DNA from: an uncultured Eubacteriales bacterium
GTDB taxonomy: Bacteria; Bacillota; Clostridia; TANB77; CAG-508
Length of the DNA stretch: 64,000 nt
NCBI GenBank assembly: GCA_948443845.1
Contig: CAOJUE010000003.1
Location: 25,610 to 89,609, forward strand
Direction of reading: 5' to 3'
Every line of letters starts with the position of its first letter. Within the stretch, counting starts at the first letter, position 1. Positions 10,656 to 21,452 of this stretch are shown in pieces. The position numbers and the translations under genes are program-made. Below the pieces are notes generated by a model, which worked only from the letters and a program-made list of their open reading frames with translations, was not told the DNA's origin and made no database searches.

Positions 10656-13600
10656 ATGATAAAAAATAACAAAATGAAAATCGCAATTGTCTTTATCTTA
10701 TTCATCATGTTAATGCCAATCTTTTTGTCAGGCAGAACGTATGCCAAAATGATTGACGAAAGTTATGTGGAAAATGATCCATGGGGACCACGCTCAATCA
10801 GCTATAACCAATTGGCTGCATTATGGGAACTATTATGTACGGAGCATATCCAACATATTCCAAGTGATAATAATGTTCGATATGCCAAAGATGGTGGTAG
10901 CACAATTGATACCACAACATTAGGAAGTAATGAATCAACTTATAATTTATTACTTGGTCATTATTATCAAAGTGAGGAACTTGCCTATTATGCCAAGATA
11001 GAGGACAAAATTTGTCCTCCAAAGGCAGCCTATATTTTGAATCATATTAAAGAAAATGAAGGTGGTTATCCATGCCCTGTACAGGTTGCATGGTGGACGA
11101 CAAAGGAAAACGTAGGTAATGTGCATCCAGAAGATAATGAATTAGCAGCAATTGGAACAGCTTACCAAGATTTTGTCAAGAAAATTGCAAAAGATAAAAA
11201 TGGCGATATTGAAGATACATCTAAATATAAGCCAATGACGCATACATTTGAAGATGGAAAAACAGTAGAAATCATGTTTCCTGAAACAGATGTGCCATCA
11301 ACCATTGAGTTTGATACATCAAAAGCAACCGTTAGTTTTGATGAAAAAAGACAAAAATGGATTGCTGGGCCTTACAATATAAAATATGTAGATGATTCTT
11401 TTAATAGCATCGATTTTGGCTTACTTGACAAATTTGATATTTACACAGATGCTAGTACAGAACCTCTAAAAGACGATGAATGGAGATTTATTTTCCCAAA
11501 AGAAAAACAAGACAAAGAAAAGAAATATCCTGCGTCAAAAGAGCCTTTCTACATTGAGCTAAATTATAAGGAAAAAGTAACCAAAATAACAGGAATTGAT
11601 GTAGATTACAAATATTTGGTAGCAGGTGGTAAATACCAAAAGTTAAGCGGAACGTATGACAAAATTGCTTGGTCTTGTACAAGAACCTGTACAGCCTCTA
11701 CTTCTTGTAGTACACTAGGACATGTGCATCAATGGAGTTATCATTTAAAAGCGGAAAAACAGAATCTTGATTTGAAATCACAAACATTAGCTGTAGAAAA
11801 CATGGCTGCAAGATGGTATGAAATCGAGAAAGTTTCGATTAAACTAAATCAATCGACTTTGAAAATTCAAAAGAAAGCATTAGATGAAAATGGAAATGAA
11901 TTGTCAGCAGATGAGGTAAAAGACAGATTTGGAAAAAATCAATATTTTGATTTCAAAATAAAAATTTCCCATAGTGATGGAAGGGTTGAAAACAGCGTTG
12001 TAACCGTAAAAGCAGGCTCAACTGCAACAGTTGGAACCTATGGCTGGACAGATAAACAAACCCCACCAACCTATGAAATCCAAGAGGTTTCAACACCATC
12101 AAATACCAGTTGGGAAGCTAAATCCATTAGTTCATCTTCTGGAACCTTGGCGGTGAACCAAACCATAACAGCAACAGCAGTCAACCAAATTAAATATAAA
12201 CGAAATAAAATACAGATTTCAAAAACGGTAAGTAGTCCCGCAGAAAAAGACGAAACCTTTAAATTCAGCGTAGATGTAACCATGCCAAACGGTAAACATG
12301 ATGTATCGACTGCTACAATCGTGGTAAAACAAGGTAAAACAACGGGAAATGTATGGAAATCCAAAGAATATACTTGGGGAGGAAAACAGGCTCCAACCTA
12401 TGAAATTACAGAGATTGAAACCGAAGACAGCAAAAAATACACACCAAGTATCACACCATCCAAAGGAAAATTGGACGGAAGCGGTTCGACGATAAAAGTA
12501 AATGCATTAAATGGTTCAGCAATGAGTTATTTGACAGTAGAAAAAGCAGTAAAAGATGGTCAGACGACAGATGACACATTCGATTTTAGAATAAAGGTAG
12601 ATGGTGTAAAAAACACAGATAGCGGAACTGTTGAATTTGAAGTGTATGACGTAAAAGCAGGCGAAAAAATTGGTCCATATGGATTCGAATGGAAAGATGC
12701 CAATAAAGCACCAACTTATCGAGTAGAAGAAATCAACATGAATTCGGATTCTAGTGTGGATATGATTGAAGAAATCGGTTCTTCTAAAGTAGTAAAAGGC
12801 AAGAATTATATTGAAGGTACATTAGTAAAAAATAAAGAAACCAATTTGACAGCCGTAAAATTTACGAATAATGTAAATCAGCATCAAGGAAATATCAAAG
12901 TTATCAAAAAGTTTTTCTCAAGCGAAAAGATGACAGAAGAAGAATTAAAAGAATTGGCTAGCCAATTGAATGTTAAATTTGATGTCGAAGTAACGATTGA
13001 AGGAACTTTCGTGTATGGTGGCGAAACCATTCAAAATTCTAGCAAAGTAATTAAACAAACTTTATCTGCAGCAAATGGCTGGGAATTCACGATTGATAAT
13101 GTTGTTTGGTATGGTCAAGAAACACCAACTTACACAGTAAAAGAGGTAAGTCTTCCAGACAAATGGGTGTGCAGGTCAATTGATTATAGCTATACAGAAA
13201 ATGAGTCGACTGATACACCAGGACATAATTTGCTAGACGGTGGAACAGTAGAAGTAACCATTGTCAACGAAATTCCGTCTGATACCGAAATTGATTTAAC
13301 TTTTGAAATGTCAGGACTTGTTTGGGTAGATGGTATCTTAGATCAAAAGAATGATGACAAATATTACAATTCGCCAAATGGTGTATACGACGAAGGCGAG
13401 CCACTAAAGGAAAACGCAGAAGTAACGGTTTATAAAGTCATTTATGATGGTGCAGGAAATGTGGTTGAAAGAAATGTGGCAACTGCTTATCAAGATGACC
13501 AAGGAAATGAAATAACCTTTCCAATTATCACAAAGTCAGATGGTAAATGGGATGTGCCAAGAATTGGTGTTCCAGGCGTAGAGCAGGAAGGCTATAGCGC

Positions 13601-16600
13601 AAGTTATGATGTAGAATTTGCGTATGATGGTCAAACGTATGAAACAACAACTTTCTTAGCTACAGCAAATGGAGATGGAGCCAGTTTTATAAATGCAACA
13701 ACAGCAGGCAAAAAAGCTTATGAAAACAACTCGATGGCAATTGAAGTTTCCAACAATAGCAAAAACATCAAAGAAGTATCTGGAAAAACAGCCATCAACG
13801 CAAATGGAGATACAACAGGTTATGTAGGCTTGAAAGACGGTGAGCAGGCTGAAATTAGTTATTCTTCTGCTAACGCAGGGACGGCGTATCCAACAATATC
13901 TCGTTTAAATACATCAAATCCTTATGATGGCAGAGTATTAGATTTATTTAAGGCAACAGCCACAACATCAGCAGGCGGATTAACGTTCCCATTTGATGTA
14001 GACGGCTACGATGGAAGTGCTTTGACAGAAGTTAATAAAACAATTGATGATTCAGGCTTCCATACAAAATATAAATTCTTAGCAGTTTATAATTACTGTT
14101 TACACATCAATCTAGGCTTGAAAGAAAGAGAAGTCGTTGATGTTGGTTTGACAAAGAACCTAACACAGGCTAATGTAGTGGTTAATGAGAGAATGTATCA
14201 ATACAAATATAGTGGACTTTATGATTTGACAGAGGAAAAACTTGGTTCGCTAAGTAAAGATATTTATGTAGGAAATAATACCGAAGAAATAGAATATACA
14301 TTAGGACTTTATCAATCCGATTATTACTACAGAGCAGAAATGTATAAAAAAGAAAATGATGATTTATATGATGTGTTAGATACATTCTATAAGAAGATTG
14401 GAAAAAATCTAAAAGATACAGAATTAGATATTTATCTAACCTATGAAATAAAGATTAAAAACACGTCACCAATTTATGATGTACAAATCAATAGCTTAGA
14501 TGACTACTATGATAGCAGTTTTACTTTGATAAGAGAAGATCAAAAGAAATATTTGAAAACGAAGATTATTGGTGGAGAAGAATTTGACGTAAACAACGAC
14601 CAAACAACCGTGGCATATGCTTCTGATTATGCAAACAATTGGAGTTCAGATAGAAAAATAAGAATGCCAGGTTCAGACATGGATGAAAACGGAAACAACA
14701 TTATCTATAACAAAATGACGGCAAACGATTTAGGCATTGTTCTAGGTCCAAATGATGAAAAAACTTTAACTTTAACCTTTAAAGTAAACAAAGCCGAAAC
14801 CAAAGCCGAGACTGAAAGTGGTGAGTATACCATTGAAAATGCGATCATCTTGGGACAAAAATGCAATGTCGCAGAAATTGCAAATTACTCTGTTTTCAAT
14901 AAAGGAACCAGAGAGTTAGCCGGAAAAATCGACCGAGATTCTGCACCAAGCAATGTCAACTTACCAGTTTACAATACAAAACCTTGGTATGAAGACGATA
15001 CGTTCGGAGCACCAAGAATTAAAGTAAACTTAGTTGGAGATGGTGTTGACAGAAACATTAATGGTGTTGTTTGGGAAGATAACAGCAATGGATCTGATAC
15101 AGCAATTCAAGAAAATCCAGATCGACGCTATAACCAATGGATTGGTAATGGTAAAAAAGATTCTGGTGAAAAAGAAATTGAAGGTTTGACAACCCAATTA
15201 GTACAAAAAATACCAGTGCAAAACGAAGATGGAACTTATACCGAATATGAATACATCTGGCCAACCGATGAACCTTTTGATTTCTTAGGCGGAGCAACTT
15301 TAGAAAAAATTACAGGATTTGATACAACCATTAAAACAGAGGGAGAAGGAAAATACAGATTCCAAAATGTAATTGCAGGCGACTATGTTGTAAGATTTAT
15401 TTATGGCGACAAGCCAATTGACTCAGCAAAATATTCAACAGTATCAACGGCAGAGTGTTACAACGGTCAAGACTACAAATCATCGAAGTTTAGGGGAATA
15501 TTAGAAAATGATGGAACAACTTTGCAGGCAGACAGTTATTTAGACATTGAGACTTATTTGGGGGCTGATGAAGGCGGAGACCGATTAAACACAGCAATTG
15601 ACAGCGAAATCGAAAGATTAAAAGTTGTACAAAAATCAAGAGAAATTACCTATGGAAATTCTTCGATTATGGCTAAATTTGATGAAAACAGCGCATTATA
15701 TACAGATTATACAATGTTTGCCGATACGCCAAAAATTGATATGAATATCGAGCTTCCAACCTTTAAACATGATGACAATGGTAAAAATGAAGTAAACAAA
15801 GATTACACATATACTGTAAAAAATGTGGATTTCGGTGTAGAAGAAAGACCAATTACAGAGATTACATTAGATAAACAAATCGAAGAAATCATTTTAACCA
15901 CGTCTGATGGAAACAATATCATGGATGCAAAATATACGATTGATTATGATGTTGATGAACATGGAAAAGTGAAAGCAAAGGTTGAATTAGACTCAGCAAA
16001 TTCATATGGAGTTGACAATTTGCAAGCATTAAACAGAGATCAAGCAACAACACGCGGTTTCAGATATATTAGTATTGACACAAGCATTTTAGAAGGAACT
16101 ACGATTACTGTTAAATACAGATTTACGGTTCTAAACACAGGAGAAGTTGACAGAACAGGCGAATTGGCAAATATGAGTTATGCAGAAGATAATATCAAAT
16201 TCCCTGAAATAATTAGCGCATTAGCAAGGAAACTTGCAACTTACAGCAAAGAAGAAAATAGCTTGAAAAATGGCACCTTGTTTGGAAACTATCTAGGAAA
16301 TATTTACTACTACGGTGCTACAGACAAAAAATTATTCGACTACAATGCCGATGGTACAAAGGATGACGACTTTGTTGTTACCTCAACCGTAAGACAATTG
16401 GTTGACTATGTTGATAATAGCGTTGTATTTAGTGGAAATCTAAATAACTTTGAAAATTCAAGTTGGAGTAATATTACAACGGAGGAATTGAAAGGACACA
16501 TTGACCCAGAGATTAAGCTTATAGACAGCAAGGGAATTGAGTATGAAACACAAAATCGAAACAACTTGATTGTAAGTGTGGACAGTACAGAAAGCACGTT

Positions 16601-17036
16601 AAATAACAAAGGATTTATTGTTGAACTATTACCTTTTGCAGCAGATAGCACGCAAGATAAAACAGACTATAAAGCGGCTATGAATTTAACAGTTACCAAA
16701 TACGTTGGTAGTGATTCCGACGACCTACAAATCGATAATGTAGCAGAAATTATAAAATACAACAACAAAGTAGGTAGACGTGATGAACTTTCTGTTGCAG
16801 GTGACCAAAATCCAGCAACAGCATTTGAGAAAACGCCAGAGTTATGGCAAGAAGAAACAGTAAGTGCAGGAATGCCATATCAAAGAGATACGAGTGCTTC
16901 TGAAATGATTACATTATCACCACCATTTGGTAGCGGACTTAGCTCATGGAAATTACAGGTAATTGGAACAATTGCAGTAAGTTTAGTAGTTGTAGCAGGT
17001 GGAATTGTAGTGATTAAGAGGAAAATTTTGAAATAG
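10656..17036 (+). CDS. second giant surface protein (~2127 aa) with repeated Cna-B-like isopeptide-type modules (TYEIQEV / TYEITEI / TYRVEEI / TYTVKEV) and SdrD-B-like segments; signal peptide and C-terminal TM anchor
   Basis: RBS aaggaggtg upstream of the ATG at 10656; the ORF overlaps the stop of the previous gene, so the two are co-transcribed. Segments GLVWVDGILDQKNDDKYYNSPNGVYDEGEPL and NGVVWEDNSNGSD...GKYRFQNVIAGDYVVRFIYG. C-terminal TM LQVIGTIAVSLVVVAGGIVVIKRKILK. Confidence 0.8.
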   Translation: MIKNNKMKIAIVFILFIMLMPIFLSGRTYAKMIDESYVENDPWGPRSISYNQLAALWELLCTEHIQHIPSDNNVRYAKDGGSTIDTTTLGSNESTYNLLLGHYYQSEELAYYAKIEDKICPPKAAYILNHIKENEGGYPCPVQVAWWTTKENVGNVHPEDNELAAIGTAYQDFVKKIAKDKNGDIEDTSKYKPMTHTFEDGKTVEIMFPETDVPSTIEFDTSKATVSFDEKRQKWIAGPYNIKYVDDSFNSIDFGLLDKFDIYTDASTEPLKDDEWRFIFPKEKQDKEKKYPASKEPFYIELNYKEKVTKITGIDVDYKYLVAGGKYQKLSGTYDKIAWSCTRTCTASTSCSTLGHVHQWSYHLKAEKQNLDLKSQTLAVENMAARWYEIEKVSIKLNQSTLKIQKKALDENGNELSADEVKDRFGKNQYFDFKIKISHSDGRVENSVVTVKAGSTATVGTYGWTDKQTPPTYEIQEVSTPSNTSWEAKSISSSSGTLAVNQTITATAVNQIKYKRNKIQISKTVSSPAEKDETFKFSVDVTMPNGKHDVSTATIVVKQGKTTGNVWKSKEYTWGGKQAPTYEITEIETEDSKKYTPSITPSKGKLDGSGSTIKVNALNGSAMSYLTVEKAVKDGQTTDDTFDFRIKVDGVKNTDSGTVEFEVYDVKAGEKIGPYGFEWKDANKAPTYRVEEINMNSDSSVDMIEEIGSSKVVKGKNYIEGTLVKNKETNLTAVKFTNNVNQHQGNIKVIKKFFSSEKMTEEELKELASQLNVKFDVEVTIEGTFVYGGETIQNSSKVIKQTLSAANGWEFTIDNVVWYGQETPTYTVKEVSLPDKWVCRSIDYSYTENESTDTPGHNLLDGGTVEVTIVNEIPSDTEIDLTFEMSGLVWVDGILDQKNDDKYYNSPNGVYDEGEPLKENAEVTVYKVIYDGAGNVVERNVATAYQDDQGNEITFPIITKSDGKWDVPRIGVPGVEQEGYSASYDVEFAYDGQTYETTTFLATANGDGASFINATTAGKKAYENNSMAIEVSNNSKNIKEVSGKTAINANGDTTGYVGLKDGEQAEISYSSANAGTAYPTISRLNTSNPYDGRVLDLFKATATTSAGGLTFPFDVDGYDGSALTEVNKTIDDSGFHTKYKFLAVYNYCLHINLGLKEREVVDVGLTKNLTQANVVVNERMYQYKYSGLYDLTEEKLGSLSKDIYVGNNTEEIEYTLGLYQSDYYYRAEMYKKENDDLYDVLDTFYKKIGKNLKDTELDIYLTYEIKIKNTSPIYDVQINSLDDYYDSSFTLIREDQKKYLKTKIIGGEEFDVNNDQTTVAYASDYANNWSSDRKIRMPGSDMDENGNNIIYNKMTANDLGIVLGPNDEKTLTLTFKVNKAETKAETESGEYTIENAIILGQKCNVAEIANYSVFNKGTRELAGKIDRDSAPSNVNLPVYNTKPWYEDDTFGAPRIKVNLVGDGVDRNINGVVWEDNSNGSDTAIQENPDRRYNQWIGNGKKDSGEKEIEGLTTQLVQKIPVQNEDGTYTEYEYIWPTDEPFDFLGGATLEKITGFDTTIKTEGEGKYRFQNVIAGDYVVRFIYGDKPIDSAKYSTVSTAECYNGQDYKSSKFRGILENDGTTLQADSYLDIETYLGADEGGDRLNTAIDSEIERLKVVQKSREITYGNSSIMAKFDENSALYTDYTMFADTPKIDMNIELPTFKHDDNGKNEVNKDYTYTVKNVDFGVEERPITEITLDKQIEEIILTTSDGNNIMDAKYTIDYDVDEHGKVKAKVELDSANSYGVDNLQALNRDQATTRGFRYISIDTSILEGTTITVKYRFTVLNTGEVDRTGELANMSYAEDNIKFPEIISALARKLATYSKEENSLKNGTLFGNYLGNIYYYGATDKKLFDYNADGTKDDDFVVTSTVRQLVDYVDNSVVFSGNLNNFENSSWSNITTEELKGHIDPEIKLIDSKGIEYETQNRNNLIVSVDSTESTLNNKGFIVELLPFAADSTQDKTDYKAAMNLTVTKYVGSDSDDLQIDNVAEIIKYNNKVGRRDELSVAGDQNPATAFEKTPELWQEETVSAGMPYQRDTSASEMITLSPPFGSGLSSWKLQVIGTIAVSLVVVAGGIVVIKRKILK

Positions 17037-17043
17037 AAGAAAG

Positions 17044-17075
17044 AAGGATGAATGGAAACATTCGTCCTTTTTTTG
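17044..17075 (+). terminator. rho-independent terminator after the giant surface-protein operon
   Basis: Hairpin ggatgaatg-gaaa-cattcgtcc followed by a T7 run, 8 nt after the stop. Confidence 0.7.
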
Positions 17076-17178
17076 TCCAGAAATGTAAGAAAATGGCAAA
17101 TTTGTCAGTGATTACAAATTTCCATAAAACTCTTGAAATTGTTATTTTTTTGTGGTATAATGAAAAAAAGGTCGAAAA

Positions 17179-17364
17179 ATGGAGGTGGTAAAAATGTCAA
17201 TATGTGATTCCAGTAAGTGTACAGGGTGTATGGTTTGTTATAATATTTGTGGGAAAAACTGTATTAAGATGGAATATGAAAGTAATGGGATTTTATCACC
17301 TGTAATAAGTGTTAATGTGCAAATTAGTAATGTATTTTGGCTCTCGAATCACAAGTGTGTCTAA
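17179..17364 (+). pseudogene. N-terminal remnant of an FrhB-like (coenzyme F420 hydrogenase beta-like) 4Fe-4S protein of the kind often paired or fused with polysaccharide pyruvyl transferases
   Basis: 61-aa ORF with CTGCMVCYNICGKNC (CxxCxxCxxxC ferredoxin motif) then a premature stop; the downstream pyruvyl transferase is in another frame. Confidence 0.45.
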
Positions 17365-17452
17365 ATATAAAATATTAGAATGCAAAAATTACTTATTAGG
17401 GTATAAGATAAATGTACTTTTAATGAGTAATTTTTTGCGGATGGGAGAGTTT

Positions 17453-18478
17453 ATGAAAAAAAAGGATTTGAAGCTAGAAGAATATGGGTTTACAAAGGTA
17501 AATAAATCGGATAAAAAAGTTTTTATTGCATTATCTGCAAATTATGGAAATATAGGAGATATAGCAATCACAATTGCACAACAAAGTATGATAAAGCAAG
17601 TTTTTTCAGATAGAAAGATAGTTGAAATTCCTATGGATGATGCTTTTGATTATGAAGAAGAAATCAAGAAAATTTTGAATGATGATGATATTTTAACAAT
17701 CATTGGTGGAGGAAATTTAGGGAATGCCTATTTGTGGTTTGAAGAAAGACGTAGATTTATTATAAAATTGTTCAAAAATAATAAATCAATTTCATTTCCT
17801 CAGAGTGTTAGTTTTGATGAAGATGAAATTGGGCAAAAAGAATTAGAAATATCAGTAGAAGATTATGCTCAAAATCCTAATTTAATAGTTTTTGCAAGAG
17901 AAAAGAAATCATATGATATTATGAAGGCTAATTTCAAAAATAAAGTATATTTGGTTCCTGATATTGTATTATCCTTAAAAGATAGAATTTCGAAAGAAAC
18001 TGGCAATATAAGAACAAATATAACATTATGCTTGAGGAGTGATATGGAAAAAACGACATCAGAGAATATTGTTGACGATTTAAGAAATTTATTAAATGCA
18101 AATGCTTTTGAAAATATAGTTATAACAGATACTCATCTTGGGCATGATTTAGTGAAAATATTAGAAAGAAGAAAAATATTTGAAACATCTTTGCAAGAAT
18201 TTAAAAACTCTAAAGTAGTAATAACAGATAGGTTACATGGAATGATTTTTTGTATTATTACGAATACACCATGTATTGCGTTAGATAATTCAAACCATAA
18301 AATTTTATCAACTTATTATACTTGGCTAAAAGATGTACCACTTGTTAAGTTTTTGGAAGATTATGATGAAGAGAAAATTTTAGGATATGTAAAAGAACTT
18401 AGTTCAATAGAAAATCCAAAGATTGATTTTAATTTTGATAAACATTTTGAGGAATTAGTGAATACTTTAAAAGAATAA
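17453..18478 (+). CDS. polysaccharide pyruvyl transferase family protein (CsaB-like)
   Basis: PS_pyruv_trans signature region ITDRLHGMIFC; alternative start at 17444. Sits in a glycosyltransferase cluster. Confidence 0.7.
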   Translation: MKKKDLKLEEYGFTKVNKSDKKVFIALSANYGNIGDIAITIAQQSMIKQVFSDRKIVEIPMDDAFDYEEEIKKILNDDDILTIIGGGNLGNAYLWFEERRRFIIKLFKNNKSISFPQSVSFDEDEIGQKELEISVEDYAQNPNLIVFAREKKSYDIMKANFKNKVYLVPDIVLSLKDRISKETGNIRTNITLCLRSDMEKTTSENIVDDLRNLLNANAFENIVITDTHLGHDLVKILERRKIFETSLQEFKNSKVVITDRLHGMIFCIITNTPCIALDNSNHKILSTYYTWLKDVPLVKFLEDYDEEKILGYVKELSSIENPKIDFNFDKHFEELVNTLKE

Positions 18479-18510
18479 ATAAAAAACTTGGTATAATCCA
18501 AGTTTTTTTA

Positions 18511-19518
18511 CTAATCATTATTTTTCCACCCGGGATAAATAAGTGGCAATTTTGTATTATTTGTTATATATCCTGCTTTATCACAAATTAAGTAATAAAA
18601 ATGTAATTTTTTTACATTAGAGGAATTTTCTGCAATGACTTTTTCGTATTCTTTATTTTCAAATATTTTGCAAGTATCTTTATATAACTTGTTTACAATA
18701 TCTTCTTCTAACATATAATCCATATCAAACAAACCAATGTCATTATAGGTTTTTATTGTTATATGAGCCACATTATAAGCACAATATGCAATTAAACTTT
18801 TTTCTTTCTCTTTTATGAAATTCATGATTTCTAAAGCACTATTGATATAAGATAGTCTTAATTCCTTCGTTTGAACGTGAAGAATACTGCCTTTTCTTTG
18901 CCTATAATAATATTTTGGTTGATCATCAAGCACTACTTTTTTTGCTTTATCAAATAGTTTTGGAATTGTTAAAATGTCTTCAAATACCTTTCCTTTTGGA
19001 AATCGAATCTCTTTAAAAAGTTCTTTAGCAAAAAGTTTATTCCAAGCATAAGAACGCACTTTTTCATCTAATAAGATTTCTTTTAAAACTTGAACTCTAT
19101 TATAAATATTAAGTTCACCAGTTCCTTCTGGAGTGCATTCTTCTTCTGTTAATATATAATGAGAACACATTGAAATGTCGGTATCATATTTTTTTGCATT
19201 TTTATATAATAGTTCAATCATATCAAAATCAATATAATCATCACTATCCACAAATTGGATATATTCTCCTGTTGCAATTTCAATTCCTGCATTTCTAGCA
19301 TCAGATAAACCGCCATTATTTTTATGAATAACTTTAATTCGATTATCTTTTTTAGCAAATTCATCGCACATTTTTCCAGAATTGTCAGTAGCGCCATCAT
19401 CTACTAAGATAATTTCCAAGTTTTTATAAGTTTGGTTGATGATACTGTTAATACATTCTTCTAAATATTTTTCTACATTGTAAACTGGAACAATTACTGA
19501 TATTAAAGTTTCTTTCAT
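18511..19518 (-). CDS. glycosyltransferase family 2
   Basis: N-terminal ISVIVPVYNVEKYLEECINSIINQTY...VDDGATD GT-A DxD fold signature. Confidence 0.8.
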   Translation of the reverse strand: MKETLISVIVPVYNVEKYLEECINSIINQTYKNLEIILVDDGATDNSGKMCDEFAKKDNRIKVIHKNNGGLSDARNAGIEIATGEYIQFVDSDDYIDFDMIELLYKNAKKYDTDISMCSHYILTEEECTPEGTGELNIYNRVQVLKEILLDEKVRSYAWNKLFAKELFKEIRFPKGKVFEDILTIPKLFDKAKKVVLDDQPKYYYRQRKGSILHVQTKELRLSYINSALEIMNFIKEKEKSLIAYCAYNVAHITIKTYNDIGLFDMDYMLEEDIVNKLYKDTCKIFENKEYEKVIAENSSNVKKLHFYYLICDKAGYITNNTKLPLIYPGWKNND

Positions 19519-19521
19519 ATT

Positions 19522-20157
19522 TTACCTTTCTTCTTTAAGCTTTGACAAATGATTCAAATCATTTAAAAGTACCAACAGAAATTTATTTTTCTCACAATCA
19601 TATTCTACAACATTCAAACTTGTATTTTTCTGACTATACTCCTCACGTTTTACCACAAAAGGTTCCCCAGTTACTTTTCGTAAAAATGCCTCAATAGCAA
19701 CACCATGTGAACCAATTAAAATTGTCTTTCCAGCATTTTCTTGACATATTTTTTCAATACAAGCATACATTCTATTAGCAACTGCTTCTGTTGGCTCTTG
19801 CTCTGGAATTCCCATAATTTCATTCGTTAGCATATGATCTTCATGAATTTTGGGGTTAATTTTATTGACTTCATCCCATGTCCAACCATCATAAATACCA
19901 AAATACATTTCACATAAGTTTTCATTTGGTAAAATTTCCAAATGATTTAATTTTGCCAAAGGTTCAACAGTTTTGATGGCTCGACTTGATGTACTTGCAT
20001 AAACTTTGTCAAATTTTACATTTTTTAAACGATTAGTCATGAGATTTATGTAAGTATTTCCAGCTTGAGTAATTTCGAAACTTTTTCTACCGGTTAAACG
20101 TTTTTGGACATTACCAGTTGTTTGGGTATGTCTAACTAAATAAATTTTTGTTTGCAT
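19522..20157 (-). CDS. histidine phosphatase family protein (phosphoglycerate-mutase-like)
   Basis: N-terminal IYLVRHTQTTGN (RHG-type catalytic motif); lies in an operon between two GT2 genes. Confidence 0.7.
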   Translation of the reverse strand: MQTKIYLVRHTQTTGNVQKRLTGRKSFEITQAGNTYINLMTNRLKNVKFDKVYASTSSRAIKTVEPLAKLNHLEILPNENLCEMYFGIYDGWTWDEVNKINPKIHEDHMLTNEIMGIPEQEPTEAVANRMYACIEKICQENAGKTILIGSHGVAIEAFLRKVTGEPFVVKREEYSQKNTSLNVVEYDCEKNKFLLVLLNDLNHLSKLKEER

Positions 20158-21190
20158 TTTTTTTATTTCTCACTTTCAAATCGAAATTCAATCCAGTTGC
20201 AGCAATTTGTGGTTTTGCTGAAACCAAGCCATAGTCAGAAATTTCGACTGTTGGAACAACAATGGGAATAACTTTTGGATTTTCCGATGTTACTTTAGAG
20301 TCATCTTCTACAATAGAAGGTGTTTCTTCTGTGAAAGCATAATGCCTTTTTGGAAATACTGGTGTATAAGTGGAATCTTTTAGTGATTTTAAAATTCCAT
20401 CTAATCTTTCAGGTACGCCAAATGTTTCATTTTTGATGAAACTTAGCAAATAAGGTTGTAAATTTTCTGGAGTTTGCTCATATAATTCCATTAAATAATA
20501 AAGCATTTTGTACATATCTTTACATCTTTTAATATTTGGAGTCGCCATAATGCTACCTTCTCTGTTTCGATAATAAACATAAATAGGAAATTCTCCAAAA
20601 GTTGTCTTTTTAGCTTTTATGGCTGATTTTATCGAGTAAACCATATCTTCATAATACATTTCTTCAATAAAAGTAATGTTGTTTTCTTCTAAAAATTCTC
20701 TTCGCCAAACTTTGCTTGCAACAGCAAAATGCATATCACAAACAATCCTTGCTTTCTGCGTTGAATTTTCAGCATTTGGCAAGTATAATTTATTTTCTCC
20801 ACCAGCATATTGAACGCCGAAATAGGCAATATCATAGGTTTCATTTCCAAGAGTATCATTTACTTTTTGCAAAGTTTCCGTATCGTATAAAGTGTCATCT
20901 CCATCAAGATATACGATATATTCACCTTTAGCTTGAGCGATTGCTTTATTTCGTGAAGCACTCAAACCAATATTTTTTTCATTATTAATAACTTGAATTT
21001 TATCGTTAAAATTTTTTTTGTAATCTTGTAAAATAGATAATGTATTATCTTGGGAGCCGTCATTTACGATTATTAGTTCATAGTTTTTATAATTTTGTTT
21101 TAGGACACTATCAATCGATCGATTGACCATTTTCTCCAAATTATAAACAGACATAATAATCGAAAATCTTATTCCACTATTATTTTGCAT
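20132..21190 (-). CDS. glycosyltransferase family 2
   Basis: FSIIMSVYNLEKMVNRSIDSVLKQNY...VNDGSQD signature. Confidence 0.8.
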   Translation of the reverse strand: MQNNSGIRFSIIMSVYNLEKMVNRSIDSVLKQNYKNYELIIVNDGSQDNTLSILQDYKKNFNDKIQVINNEKNIGLSASRNKAIAQAKGEYIVYLDGDDTLYDTETLQKVNDTLGNETYDIAYFGVQYAGGENKLYLPNAENSTQKARIVCDMHFAVASKVWRREFLEENNITFIEEMYYEDMVYSIKSAIKAKKTTFGEFPIYVYYRNREGSIMATPNIKRCKDMYKMLYYLMELYEQTPENLQPYLLSFIKNETFGVPERLDGILKSLKDSTYTPVFPKRHYAFTEETPSIVEDDSKVTSENPKVIPIVVPTVEISDYGLVSAKPQIAATGLNFDLKVRNKKNANKNLFS

Positions 21191-21452
21191 ACTATTTCCT
21201 CCTTTGGATACTTAAACAGTATCTTTTTTCATTTTTTCAACAAGATATGAAAAATGCAATTTGTGAAACTATAATATATTTTTATAATCTCTTATTACTA
21301 TTATACTAAAAATTTTAGCATTTGTCAAATTTTAATATATTTATGATATAATATAGTTTACATATACTTTACAGTCTTCATAAAAAATTAAGAAATTAAG
21401 AATAAAACACTTCAATACGACAAAAACTAACCCAAAGAAAGGAAACAAAAAA

